From the IMG/VR virus record IMGVR_UViG_3300032225_001126, positions 1-46,571 of that record: 46,571 nt of DNA. One strand, 5' to 3'. This DNA is from a virus. Taxonomy: Duplodnaviria; Caudoviricetes. Position numbers and translations under genes: made by a program. The first letter of the stretch is position 1. Every line of letters starts with the position of its first letter. Shown here in pieces: positions 1 through 8,289 of this stretch. The notes below the pieces were generated by a model. That model saw nothing but the letters and a program-made list of their open reading frames with translations, ran no database searches and was not told where the DNA came from.

Positions 1-102
1 GTCGATTCGGATCATCCGCAAGTGTTTATTAAAAAGCGTGATGACTATATTAAAGATTTTATTTCTTACCGTGAAGCATATGATGGAGTTTTATATGAAT
101 AG
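1..102 (+). CDS. 3' end of probable exonuclease (PD-(D/E)XK/Cas4-like, T4-like phage type), truncated by window edge
   Basis: Frame 1 reads VDSDHPQVFIKKRDDYIKDFISYREAYDGVLYE*. The PQVF-x-K-x-RDDYI tail resembles the C-terminus of the exonuclease found upstream of gp33 in aquatic T4-like phages. Only 33 codons are visible. Confidence 0.5.
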   Translation, partial: VDSDHPQVFIKKRDDYIKDFISYREAYDGVLYE

Positions 103-124
103 AATGTATGATGATGTTCGAATC

Positions 125-158
125 TTGCGCCATTTGTAAAATAATGATATACTAAATA
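125..158 (+). promoter_or_regulatory. sigma70-type promoter overlapping a T4 late-type box, driving the tmRNA gene
   Basis: TTGCGC (125-130), 17-bp spacer, extended TG (145-146), TATACT (148-153). ACTAAATA (151-158) resembles the late consensus TATAAATA. Confidence 0.65.
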
Positions 159-159
159 T

Positions 160-455
160 TCTGAATGGTAGTAAACTGATTTTTAGAAAGGTATTTCGGA
201 CGTGGGTGCGAATCCCACCAAGTCCACCAGAAGCATATTAATACCCGAACCTAGGCGGGGACCACAAAGAGACCTAGTATGCTTCTGATGGGCTTGACTA
301 GATTCGACGGGATAATAAGTACAATTATTGGCTACTCGACATATCAGTCGTTAAAAATAAATCAAGTAAACGCAAACGATAGCGAATACAGATTAGCAGC
401 ATAAACACTGCTTAGGGTTTCGGTGGGCTTCCTCGTAACAGAATAACCTACCACT
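160..455 (+). ncRNA. ssrA: Circularly permuted two-piece tmRNA (acceptor piece ~160-229, intervening segment 230-289, coding piece 290-~455)
   Basis: T-arm GTGGG-TGCGAAT-CCCAC (202-218) and acceptor 3' strand CAAGTCC-A-CCA (219-229) lie upstream of the 5' strand GGGCTTG (290-296). These pair 7/7 with a G3-U wobble (Ala identity). D-loop-like ACTAGATTCGAC at 297-308. CGGGATA (308-314) pairs with TATTTCG (192-198). Tag ORF 372-404 = ANDSEYRLAA*. 3' hairpin GGTGGG (422-427)/CCTACC (447-452). Confidence 0.93.
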
Positions 456-478
456 TTCAAAACTCGATAAGGAAGTAG

Positions 479-970
479 ATGATACTAAAGACTATAAAAG
501 TCTTACTAGGATCTTTTTTATTTTTTGGTTTAATATTGTCTGTGGATAGTGAAATTATAGAGAGCAAATATCATTTGATAACTCCTAGTACAGAACAACA
601 AATCAATTGTTTAGCACAAAACATATATTACGAAGCAGCAACAGAATCCTTTGAGGGTAAACTTGCAGTCGCGCAAGTGACTCTTAATAGAGTTAAATCT
701 GGTAAGTTTGGTAATACTGTTTGCAAAACAGTCTATCAAAAAGTTAATAAAACATGCCAATTCTCTTGGGTATGTGAAAAGAAGAGTCGTCTTATGAGAT
801 ATGATTCTCATGAATTTATCGCATCTAAAGAAGCTGCGTATAGAATTCTTGTTGGTGGGCATAGAATAAAGAAGCTAGACAATGCTCTTTATTATCATGC
901 CAATTATGTAAATCCTAGATGGAATAAGAAAGTGATTGCCAAAATAGGCAAACACATTTTTTATGCTTGA
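479..970 (+). CDS. SleB-like cell wall hydrolase (Hydrolase_2 family lytic transglycosylase) with N-terminal hydrophobic signal/anchor
   Basis: Motifs CLAQNIYYEA, GKLAVAQVTLNRV, CQFSW, ALYYHANYVNPRW, IGKHIFY. SD AAGGAAG upstream. Confidence 0.9.
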   Translation: MILKTIKVLLGSFLFFGLILSVDSEIIESKYHLITPSTEQQINCLAQNIYYEAATESFEGKLAVAQVTLNRVKSGKFGNTVCKTVYQKVNKTCQFSWVCEKKSRLMRYDSHEFIASKEAAYRILVGGHRIKKLDNALYYHANYVNPRWNKKVIAKIGKHIFYA

Positions 971-1248
971 TCTTTATTGTTAATTTGTTTGTCAGCTTCT
1001 ATTCTTTCAATATCAATCGTTTTGCCACGAAGCTGAAGAACAGTATCAACTTTTTCGTTGAGTCGAATTAAATCATTATCTAAAGTTCTAATTCTATCAA
1101 TAAGATTGATTAGAGATTTGTTTGCACTAGTAACTACTGGTTTGACTTCTAATGTAACCCAGACCCATGTGTAATGAACAAAATAACCAAGACCAAATGC
1201 AGCAATGATTGGAAAGCCGTATTTGTTGATTAATTCTACAACATTCAT
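961..1248 (-). CDS. Small single-TM + coiled-coil protein (YvrJ/holin-like), paralog of 1612-1896
   Basis: N-terminal GFPIIAAFGLGYFV TM followed by heptad-rich LIDRIRTLDNDLIRL. ATGA overlap with the upstream ORF. Confidence 0.7.
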   Translation of the reverse strand: MNVVELINKYGFPIIAAFGLGYFVHYTWVWVTLEVKPVVTSANKSLINLIDRIRTLDNDLIRLNEKVDTVLQLRGKTIDIERIEADKQINNKDQA

Positions 1249-1592
1249 TCTTTGATCGAAGATATTCTTTTTGTCATTGCGAGTCGATCTTCCATAATAG
1301 CAATATGTTGTCTGTTTTCACCAATCATATCACGATTCTTTTGAATCTCTTTCTCCATGTCTTGTCTTAGTTTCTCTCGGGCTAACTCGGCACCAGAGTT
1401 AGTTGCTTGTTTATTATCAGAAGTCACGACCAAAGAAATTTTTCCATTTAATATTGTAACATCATGTGCGAGATTTTGAAGTGCAGTCATTAAGTAAACA
1501 ACACAAGAAAATAGTAGTGGTAACAATGCAAAAGTTAATTTCTCGATTAACTGACCTTTTGCGTGTGCTTCTTCTAGTTTTTCTTGGGACAT
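1245..1592 (-). CDS. Single-TM coiled-coil membrane protein (start reassigned to ATG 1592)
   Basis: Strong SD AAAGGAGG precedes ATG at 1592 (MSQEKLEE). TM LTFALLPLLFSCVVYLM, then a charged coiled coil. Confidence 0.7.
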   Translation of the reverse strand: MSQEKLEEAHAKGQLIEKLTFALLPLLFSCVVYLMTALQNLAHDVTILNGKISLVVTSDNKQATNSGAELAREKLRQDMEKEIQKNRDMIGENRQHIAIMEDRLAMTKRISSIKE

Positions 1593-1611
1593 TTGAGAAT
1601 CCTCCTTTAAA

Positions 1612-1896
1612 TTAGTCTTTTCTAAGGTCATTATTATGGGCCCTCGCAATTCTACCAAAGTTGGGTTGTAATCCTAAAGCATGAGATATCTTAATGTCAA
1701 TTCTTTCTACTTCGGAATTCATTATGTCGATCCGTTTATCCAAACTTTTTGTAATCTCCTCTAATGACTTGATAGAAGAAGTGACTCCAGCTAGAATGAA
1801 TTTGAGACAGAGTAATACGAAATAACCAGCAGCAATAGCTGCAGCAATTGGAAATCCAACATCAGCGACGATAGTAGTAATGTCGGTAAATTCCAT
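1612..1896 (-). CDS. Small single-TM + coiled-coil protein (YvrJ/holin-like)
   Basis: VGFPIAAAIAAGYFVLL TM, then coiled coil LDKRIDIMNSEVERID. SD AAGGAG upstream. Confidence 0.75.
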   Translation of the reverse strand: MEFTDITTIVADVGFPIAAAIAAGYFVLLCLKFILAGVTSSIKSLEEITKSLDKRIDIMNSEVERIDIKISHALGLQPNFGRIARAHNNDLRKD

Positions 1897-1912
1897 ATTT
1901 TCTCCTTTTTAT

Positions 1913-1920
1913 TATTTATT
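1913..1920 (-). promoter_or_regulatory. T4 late-type promoter (AATAAATA) for the membrane-protein trio
   Basis: AATAAATA on the minus strand directly upstream of the SD of 1612-1896. 7/8 match to TATAAATA in an AT-rich region. Confidence 0.45.
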
Positions 1921-1932
1921 ATTTGAGAAAAT

Positions 1933-1961
1933 TTGCTAGATATATAGTTGTATGTTAGAAT
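1933..1961 (+). promoter_or_regulatory. sigma70-type (early) promoter for the sugar operon
   Basis: TTGCTA (1933-1938), 17 bp, TG (1953-1954), TAGAAT (1956-1961). Same architecture as the promoters at 125 and 9258. Confidence 0.65.
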
Positions 1962-1988
1962 AATGTTTTTCTTTATAGGTGAAAAATT

Positions 1989-3029
1989 ATGAGTAAAGTT
2001 GCATTGATTACTGGTATTACTGGTCAAGACGGAAGCTATCTCGCAGAACTTCTACTTGACAAAGGATACGAAGTTCATGGAATTGTTAGGCGTTCTAGCA
2101 CTGGTATTAATACTAGTAATATTGAATCCATCAAGCATAAAATCAAATTTCATTATGGCGATTTGACTGATTCTGCAAATCTAGAATCCATCATTGTCAA
2201 AGTAAAACCAGATGAGGTTTATAATCTTGGTGCACAAAGTCACGTTAGCGTAAGCTATGATTGTCCAACATACACTGGTGATGTAAATGCAATCGGTGTT
2301 TTGAAATTACTTGAAGCTATTAAGACGCTTGCGAAAGAAAAGCAAGTAAAGTTTTATCAAGCATCAACAAGTGAATTGTATGGCAAAGTAAAAGAGACTC
2401 CACAAACAGAAGCTACTACATTTTATCCACGATCACCATACGCTGTAGCTAAACTCTACGGCTATTGGATTGTTGTAAACTATCGCGAAAGTTTTAATCT
2501 CTTCGCATGTAATGGCATTCTATTCAATCATGAAAGTCCGCGACGTGGACCAGAGTTCGTTACTCGAAAGATCGTTCAAGGAATGATTCGTACCCATCTA
2601 GGCTTGCAACCAATTCTTCAATTGGGAAATCTAAATGCTCGCCGTGATTGGGGTCACGCTAAAGATTATGTCCGCGCAATGTGGGCAATGCTACAACAAG
2701 ACAAGCCAGACGATTATGTTATCTCCAGCGACGAAGAGCATTCGGTTCGCGATTTTTGTGAAGATGTTGCAGAGTATCTTGGATTTAAAATTGAATGGCG
2801 TGGTGAAGGATTGAATGAAGTCGGTATCAACACTTCGACTGGCGAGAAAATTATTGAAGTGAATAAAGACTTTTATCGTCCAGCAGAAGTACCAACAATT
2901 TTTGGAGATTGCAGTAAAGCTAAGAAAGTGTTAAACTGGAGACCAGAGTACACTTTTAAAGACTTGGTATTCGAAATGTGTGAAACTGAAATGGAGAAAC
3001 AGAAAAATGCAAATCTACGAAAGTCCTGA
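1989..3029 (+). CDS. gmd: GDP-mannose 4,6-dehydratase
   Basis: [77 protein letters not shown]: all diagnostic of Gmd. Confidence 0.97.
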   Translation: MSKVALITGITGQDGSYLAELLLDKGYEVHGIVRRSSTGINTSNIESIKHKIKFHYGDLTDSANLESIIVKVKPDEVYNLGAQSHVSVSYDCPTYTGDVNAIGVLKLLEAIKTLAKEKQVKFYQASTSELYGKVKETPQTEATTFYPRSPYAVAKLYGYWIVVNYRESFNLFACNGILFNHESPRRGPEFVTRKIVQGMIRTHLGLQPILQLGNLNARRDWGHAKDYVRAMWAMLQQDKPDDYVISSDEEHSVRDFCEDVAEYLGFKIEWRGEGLNEVGINTSTGEKIIEVNKDFYRPAEVPTIFGDCSKAKKVLNWRPEYTFKDLVFEMCETEMEKQKNANLRKS

Positions 3030-3867
3030 CAAAGGAAAAACAATTTACAAAAGAGAATTCGGTTCACTAGAAAAAATTCTAGTTAAATCACCAGAAAAAA
3101 AAGTCGTTCTAGTTACTGGTGGATTTGATCCACTTCATTCTGGGCATCTCGCATACTTCAAAGCTGCTAAAGAACTTGGAGATATACTTGTTGTTGGTAT
3201 TAACTCGGATTCTTGGTTGAAGAGAAAAAAAGGTCGTTCATTCTATACTTGGGATGAACGATTTCAATTGATTAAGAATTTGGAAATGGTAGATTACGTT
3301 ATCGAATTTAACGATGACGGAAACAATTCAATCAATGCAATCAAACAAGTTTCCGAAAAATTTTCTAATGCAAAAATTATTTTCGCAAATGGTGGAGATC
3401 GAACAGCAGACAACATTCCAGAAATGGGATTGCTTGATGATGAGCAATATAAAACCAACTTAGAGTTTGCATTCTCCGTTGGCGGTGACAATAAAATGAA
3501 TTCATCTTCATGGATTCTTGAAGAATGGAAAGCACCTAAGACTAATAGGTCGTGGGGATATTATAGAGTTTTGCATGAACAAGACAAAGAAATTAAAGTG
3601 AAAGAATTGACGATTGAGCCAAAAACATGTTTGAGTATGCAAAGGCATAAGAATCGTGCGGAGCATTGGTTTGTTGCGGAAGGCACAGCTTCAGTATATA
3701 CTTTAAATTCTGATATTGAACTAGTTGGAAATTTTAATAAATTTGAATGTCTACATATCGATAAAGAACAATGGCACAAACTCTGTAACGAAACAGATAA
3801 TCCATTGAGAATTATTGAAATACAGTATGGCGAAAATTGCGTTGAAGAGGATATTGAAAGAAAATGA
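3007..3867 (+). CDS. Fusion of an HxGH cytidylyl/nucleotidyltransferase (RfaE/TagD-like) and a type II mannose-6-phosphate isomerase cupin (start reassigned to ATG 3007)
   Basis: [26 protein letters not shown] in the N-terminal part. [32 protein letters not shown] (ManC C-terminal cupin) in the C-terminal part. GGAG at 2993-2996. Confidence 0.88.
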   Translation: MQIYESPDKGKTIYKREFGSLEKILVKSPEKKVVLVTGGFDPLHSGHLAYFKAAKELGDILVVGINSDSWLKRKKGRSFYTWDERFQLIKNLEMVDYVIEFNDDGNNSINAIKQVSEKFSNAKIIFANGGDRTADNIPEMGLLDDEQYKTNLEFAFSVGGDNKMNSSSWILEEWKAPKTNRSWGYYRVLHEQDKEIKVKELTIEPKTCLSMQRHKNRAEHWFVAEGTASVYTLNSDIELVGNFNKFECLHIDKEQWHKLCNETDNPLRIIEIQYGENCVEEDIERK

Positions 3868-4262
3868 TGTTAATACCCGGAAGTGTCGGTGATCTATTTG
3901 ATCGAATTACAATTCTTCAAATCAAAATGCTTGAAATCAAAGATGAAGCAAAGTTAAACAATATTGAGAAAGAACATCGTCTTTTAATTTCGCTAGATAC
4001 ATATAAGCAAACGAAAGATGTTGTTAATAAACTTTTTAATGAACTATTCGTTGTAAATTACAAAATCTGGAATCTTGAGGATGATATTCGTGACCTAATT
4101 GCTGCACAATCTTATGGCGAATACTTTATTAATGTCGCTAAGTTGATTCCAAAAACTAACGATGAACGTGCAAGAATTAAGAAAGAAATTAATCTAATTT
4201 GTAATTCTGAATTGATTGAAGAGAAATCTTACCATGGAGAAACTAATGAAAAAACTACTTGA
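3864..4262 (+). CDS. DUF6165-like helical protein associated with glycosylation loci
   Basis: SVGDLFDRITILQIK, IWNLEDDIR, NDERARIKKEIN, EEKSY pattern. Translationally coupled to its neighbours. Confidence 0.7.
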   Translation: MMLIPGSVGDLFDRITILQIKMLEIKDEAKLNNIEKEHRLLISLDTYKQTKDVVNKLFNELFVVNYKIWNLEDDIRDLIAAQSYGEYFINVAKLIPKTNDERARIKKEINLICNSELIEEKSYHGETNEKTT

Positions 4263-5475
4263 ACTTGGAAATCATTATGTAAGTGATTTCATCAAAGACG
4301 ATAGCGAAATGCGAGATCGACCGAAATATAGTCTCGATTTATATCTTGATGAAGAATTAGGTGCGCCACGTTTAGATCCAAAAGATATTGCTCCACCATC
4401 TACTATGTGGGGCAAGTATTGGTATCGTAGCGCAATCAATACAAGCATGACACTTGAATTGCAAGGTATCGTAAAAGAAATTACATCCCGCGTTAAGTTG
4501 AAAGACGATGACATTTGGCTTGATATTGCATGTAATGATGGAACGCTATTAAAAGCGGTTCCAGACAATCTAAACAAAGTCGGTATCGATCCTTGCGACG
4601 ATTCATTCTATGCAGAAAGTAGCAAAGTCGCAACAGTTGTGCAAGATTACTTTACTAAATCTGCATGGGAAAGAACTAAATTTGCTGGTAAGAAAGCAAA
4701 AGTCATTACTTGTATTGCAATGTTTTATGACCTAGATGATCCGCATCCATTTGTAAAAGACATGTATGATGTTCTTGATGACGATGGAGTTGCTGTTCTT
4801 CAAATGAGTTATACACCTTTGATGATTAATCAACTAGCATTTGATAACATTTGCCATGAGCATGTTTACTACTATGATTTGAAGAGTATTCATAAGTTGT
4901 TCTCTCAGCATGGATTCCGTATTGTTGATTGTAGTTTGAATGATACTAACGGTGGAAGTTTTAGAATCTATTTCCAAAAAGACACTGCATCAATTACAAG
5001 TTTCGGATCATCACCTTTGCGCGATGTTTGTGACTATCGTGTAGAATCAATCCTTAACTATGAGAACAATGTGGTTGACATTTCAAGTCCAATCATTTGG
5101 AATTCATTCAAGCACCGACTTGACGATTTGAAAGTTGATGTTCTTGAATTCATCGACAATGCGAAGAGCAAAGGTAAGAGCGTGTATGGCTATGGCGCAA
5201 GCACCAAAGGCAATACATTGCTACAATACTTTGGTATTGATCATACGCATGTTACAGCAATTGCAGAGCGCAGTCCATACAAGTTTGGTTACAAAACAGT
5301 TGGTTCAAATATTCCCATCATCAGCGAAGATGAAATGCGAAAAGCAAAGCCAGATTATGCTTTGGTTCTTCCCTGGCATTTCATTAGTGAGTTTCAAGTA
5401 AGAGAGAAAGCATTTCTGGATGCAGGTGGTGCGTTTATCGTTCCTTGTCCAGTTTTTGAAATTATCTCTAAATGA
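4246..5475 (+). CDS. NDP-sugar C-methyltransferase (TylCIII/NovU/TcaB9-like) (start reassigned to ATG 4246)
   Basis: YWYRS, LDIACNDGTLL, GIDP, FDNICHEHVYYY, NGGSFR, GYGASTKGNTLL, LPWHF..E, GGAFIVPCP. GGAG at 4236-4239. Confidence 0.9.
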   Translation: MKKLLELGNHYVSDFIKDDSEMRDRPKYSLDLYLDEELGAPRLDPKDIAPPSTMWGKYWYRSAINTSMTLELQGIVKEITSRVKLKDDDIWLDIACNDGTLLKAVPDNLNKVGIDPCDDSFYAESSKVATVVQDYFTKSAWERTKFAGKKAKVITCIAMFYDLDDPHPFVKDMYDVLDDDGVAVLQMSYTPLMINQLAFDNICHEHVYYYDLKSIHKLFSQHGFRIVDCSLNDTNGGSFRIYFQKDTASITSFGSSPLRDVCDYRVESILNYENNVVDISSPIIWNSFKHRLDDLKVDVLEFIDNAKSKGKSVYGYGASTKGNTLLQYFGIDHTHVTAIAERSPYKFGYKTVGSNIPIISEDEMRKAKPDYALVLPWHFISEFQVREKAFLDAGGAFIVPCPVFEIISK

Positions 5476-6389
5476 ACATCACCAATGTAACATTCTTCAA
5501 TCGTTGGAGAAATGGTGACTGCTTTATCAATAAAGAATACGTTAGGGATATCATTTCAAGATACCCTAACGGAATCACTTTTAAATATGCTCATGATAAT
5601 CATCCAAACATTGTTTCGGATTTGAATTGTGAGCATGTTTCTTTAAGTTCAATTCATCCGATTGGTACGTTTACTCCACTAGCACAAGTGGAGAATATTC
5701 TTTACATCAACACTTGGGTTGGCTGTTGGATTGGTAAACATCTAAAAGAAAAAGATCATGCAAATTTTTATTGTTTGCATGATATGTGGAAAGAATTTTA
5801 TCAAGCATTGAATCTAGAAATGAAGGGAGATTATTCATATTATCATCCTTCTATCGATTTTAGAAAGTTTGATCTTACAGAAGCAAATAACTATTTGCTT
5901 AGAATTGATCCTAAAGAAATCATTTTAATTTGTAACGGCGTTCAACAAAGCGAACAAAGTAGCATGGGTGATATGCGAAACATTATTATTGGACTTGCTA
6001 CAAAGTTTCCAGAAAAAGAGTTTCTTATTACACATAAAGTTGATGCTGAATTGTCAAACGTAACATGTACTGACTATTTGTTTTCTTCTTCCACTGGAAA
6101 TCTAAATCAAATTGCATTTCTAAGTCTGTTCGCTAAATTAATTATTGGAAAGAATAGTGGTCCGTTCACTTATGCACATATTAAAGAAAACATGAATAAC
6201 TATCAAAAAACATTCATGTGCTTTTCACATAAGATGAGAGATTGTTTGATGGGTGAAGGTGAATACTTAGCAAATTCATTCTTTAGTGATACTATTGATG
6301 ATAATAAAGCAATTGAAATTTGTGAAAATTTAATACAATATCCATCGTATGCAAATTATAAAAAGCCCACTAAGGAGCTATTTGAATGA
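5472..6389 (+). CDS. Putative GT-B glycosyltransferase, GT9 (heptosyltransferase)-like
   Basis: N-terminal NGD motif and LNQIAFLSLFAKLIIGKNSGPFTYA, which resembles the GT9 motif (l.igndSGpmHlA). Operon context supports this. Confidence 0.55.
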   Translation: MNITNVTFFNRWRNGDCFINKEYVRDIISRYPNGITFKYAHDNHPNIVSDLNCEHVSLSSIHPIGTFTPLAQVENILYINTWVGCWIGKHLKEKDHANFYCLHDMWKEFYQALNLEMKGDYSYYHPSIDFRKFDLTEANNYLLRIDPKEIILICNGVQQSEQSSMGDMRNIIIGLATKFPEKEFLITHKVDAELSNVTCTDYLFSSSTGNLNQIAFLSLFAKLIIGKNSGPFTYAHIKENMNNYQKTFMCFSHKMRDCLMGEGEYLANSFFSDTIDDNKAIEICENLIQYPSYANYKKPTKELFE

Positions 6390-7324
6390 AAAATGTATTA
6401 TTAGTTACTGGTGAATCTAAAGAATGTGGCATCTATCAATATGCGGATTCTATCTTTGAAATTCTAAAGACTTCGACAAAATATGAATTTGATTTTCTTG
6501 CAACAAATGATAAACAAGATTTGTATAATCATTTAGAAGAAAATGATATAGTAGCAATCATTTACAATCATCATCCACATACGATGAATTGGTTGAATAG
6601 CGGTGTAACTCGACCAATTAATAGTGCTGGTCTTGTGAAGCAAATTGTTATTTTTGGACATGAACATCTAAACACATTTACTGGCGTAGATCATTATATA
6701 CACACCGATCCGAATGCCAATCATAATGATTTTCTTGCATCAGGCGAGTTTGCTGGAATTCCGCCAATCACATACTATGATGACATTCAATATAGTGAGC
6801 CTAAAGGAACGATTCGAATTGGAACTAGTGGAATCGGCAATCGAACTAAAGACTTGCCAACATTAATTCGATTAATCAATGAACAATTCACAGAAGATGT
6901 GATTCTAAATCTACATGTTTCTGATGGCGTGTTTGTTGATCCTACTGGTAAACTATCTGGCGCATTAGTGGATCAATGTTTGGAACTTGCAAATAGCAAT
7001 GTGAAAATTAATTTCACTAGAGATTTTCTATCCAAAAAAGATTTAATCTCTTGGTTAAATCAAAATGATATTAATTTGTATTGGTACCAGACTCCAGAAG
7101 TTCCGGGAGTCTCCGGATCTATTGATCGTGCATTAGCATCAAGAAAACCATTTGGTGTAAATCATTCCAGCTTCCTTTCACATGTAAGAAGAGATTTTAA
7201 CGATTTGACAAAAGTATCAATTAAAGATATAATTGCTGCTGGTATTGAGCCACTTCAGGAATTCTATGACGCATGGAATCCAACAAATCTTTTAAATCTT
7301 TATGAAGGCATAATCGAAAAATGA
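6386..7324 (+). CDS. Putative GT-B glycosyltransferase (GT4-like), paralog of 8286-9272
   Basis: N-terminal ECGIYQY and C-terminal SGSIDRALASRKPFGV, resembling the GT4 donor-binding helix. Operon context. Confidence 0.6.
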   Translation: MKNVLLVTGESKECGIYQYADSIFEILKTSTKYEFDFLATNDKQDLYNHLEENDIVAIIYNHHPHTMNWLNSGVTRPINSAGLVKQIVIFGHEHLNTFTGVDHYIHTDPNANHNDFLASGEFAGIPPITYYDDIQYSEPKGTIRIGTSGIGNRTKDLPTLIRLINEQFTEDVILNLHVSDGVFVDPTGKLSGALVDQCLELANSNVKINFTRDFLSKKDLISWLNQNDINLYWYQTPEVPGVSGSIDRALASRKPFGVNHSSFLSHVRRDFNDLTKVSIKDIIAAGIEPLQEFYDAWNPTNLLNLYEGIIEK

Positions 7325-8289
7325 AAAGTGCATTAGTATTGGGTGGTGGAGGATTTATCGGCGGTCACATGGTTAGTCGATTAAAGAGTGAAGGTTATTA
7401 TGTTCGTGCTGTAGATAAGAAAACACACGAATATAAAAATCTAAACGCTGATGAATTTTTTCTTGCTGATCTAACAGAACAAAGCGAAGTTCAGCGTGTC
7501 ATTAATAGGCATTTCGATGAAGTGTATCAGCTGGCTGCAGACATGGGTGGCGCAGGATATATTAATACAAATCTTTATGACGCAGACGTTATGCATAATA
7601 GCGCAAGTATTAATCTAAACGTACTCCATCGATGCAAAGAGATGGGAATTAAAAAAGTATTCTTTAGTAGTAGTGCTTGCGTCTATAACGAAGAGTTGCA
7701 GTCTACGAATGAGAATCCAGACTGCAGAGAAGCAAGTGCTTATCCAGCGCATCCAGACTCTGAATACGGTTGGGAGAAATTATTCTCAGAAAGATTGTTT
7801 CATGCATACAATCGTCAACATGGAATGCAAAACAAAGTAGCGCGGTTTCACAATATCTTTGGTCCGTACGGTACATGGGACGGAGGAAAAGAAAAGTTTC
7901 CAGCAGCTATTTGTAGAAAGATTGCAAAAGCAAAAGATGGTGATGAAATTGAAATTTGGGGTGACGGAGAACAAACAAGAAGTTTTCTATACATTGGAGA
8001 ATGCATCGAAGCTGTTCGACGTTTGATGCAAAGTGAAACATTTCATGGTCCAGTCAATATTGGCGCAGATCAAATGATTAGCATTAATGATACGGTAGAT
8101 CTTGTTGCGAAAATTGCCGGCAAGACAATTCGCAAGAAACACATTGATGGCCCGACTGGCGTTCGTGGTCGCAATAGCAACAATGAATTGATTGCAGAAA
8201 AGTTGAATTGGTCTCCAGAACAAAATCTTCGCGAAGGTCTAGAGACTACATACGGCTGGATTTATGAGCAAGTAGGAAAACAAAAATGA
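7321..8289 (+). CDS. GDP-mannose 3,5-epimerase (GME)-like extended SDR
   Basis: GGGGFIG, LAADMGGAGYI, SSACVY, PDSEYGWEKL, RFHNIFGP, GGKEKFPAAICRK, WGDGEQTRSF, GVRGRNS are GME-family signatures. Confidence 0.92.
   Translation: MKSALVLGGGGFIGGHMVSRLKSEGYYVRAVDKKTHEYKNLNADEFFLADLTEQSEVQRVINRHFDEVYQLAADMGGAGYINTNLYDADVMHNSASINLNVLHRCKEMGIKKVFFSSSACVYNEELQSTNENPDCREASAYPAHPDSEYGWEKLFSERLFHAYNRQHGMQNKVARFHNIFGPYGTWDGGKEKFPAAICRKIAKAKDGDEIEIWGDGEQTRSFLYIGECIEAVRRLMQSETFHGPVNIGADQMISINDTVDLVAKIAGKTIRKKHIDGPTGVRGRNSNNELIAEKLNWSPEQNLREGLETTYGWIYEQVGKQK

Noticed and set aside
198-229. Isolated tRNA 3' half or attP-like fragment
   Set aside because: The matching 5' acceptor strand and a tag ORF lie downstream, so it is part of a permuted tmRNA. 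No integrase is present in the window.
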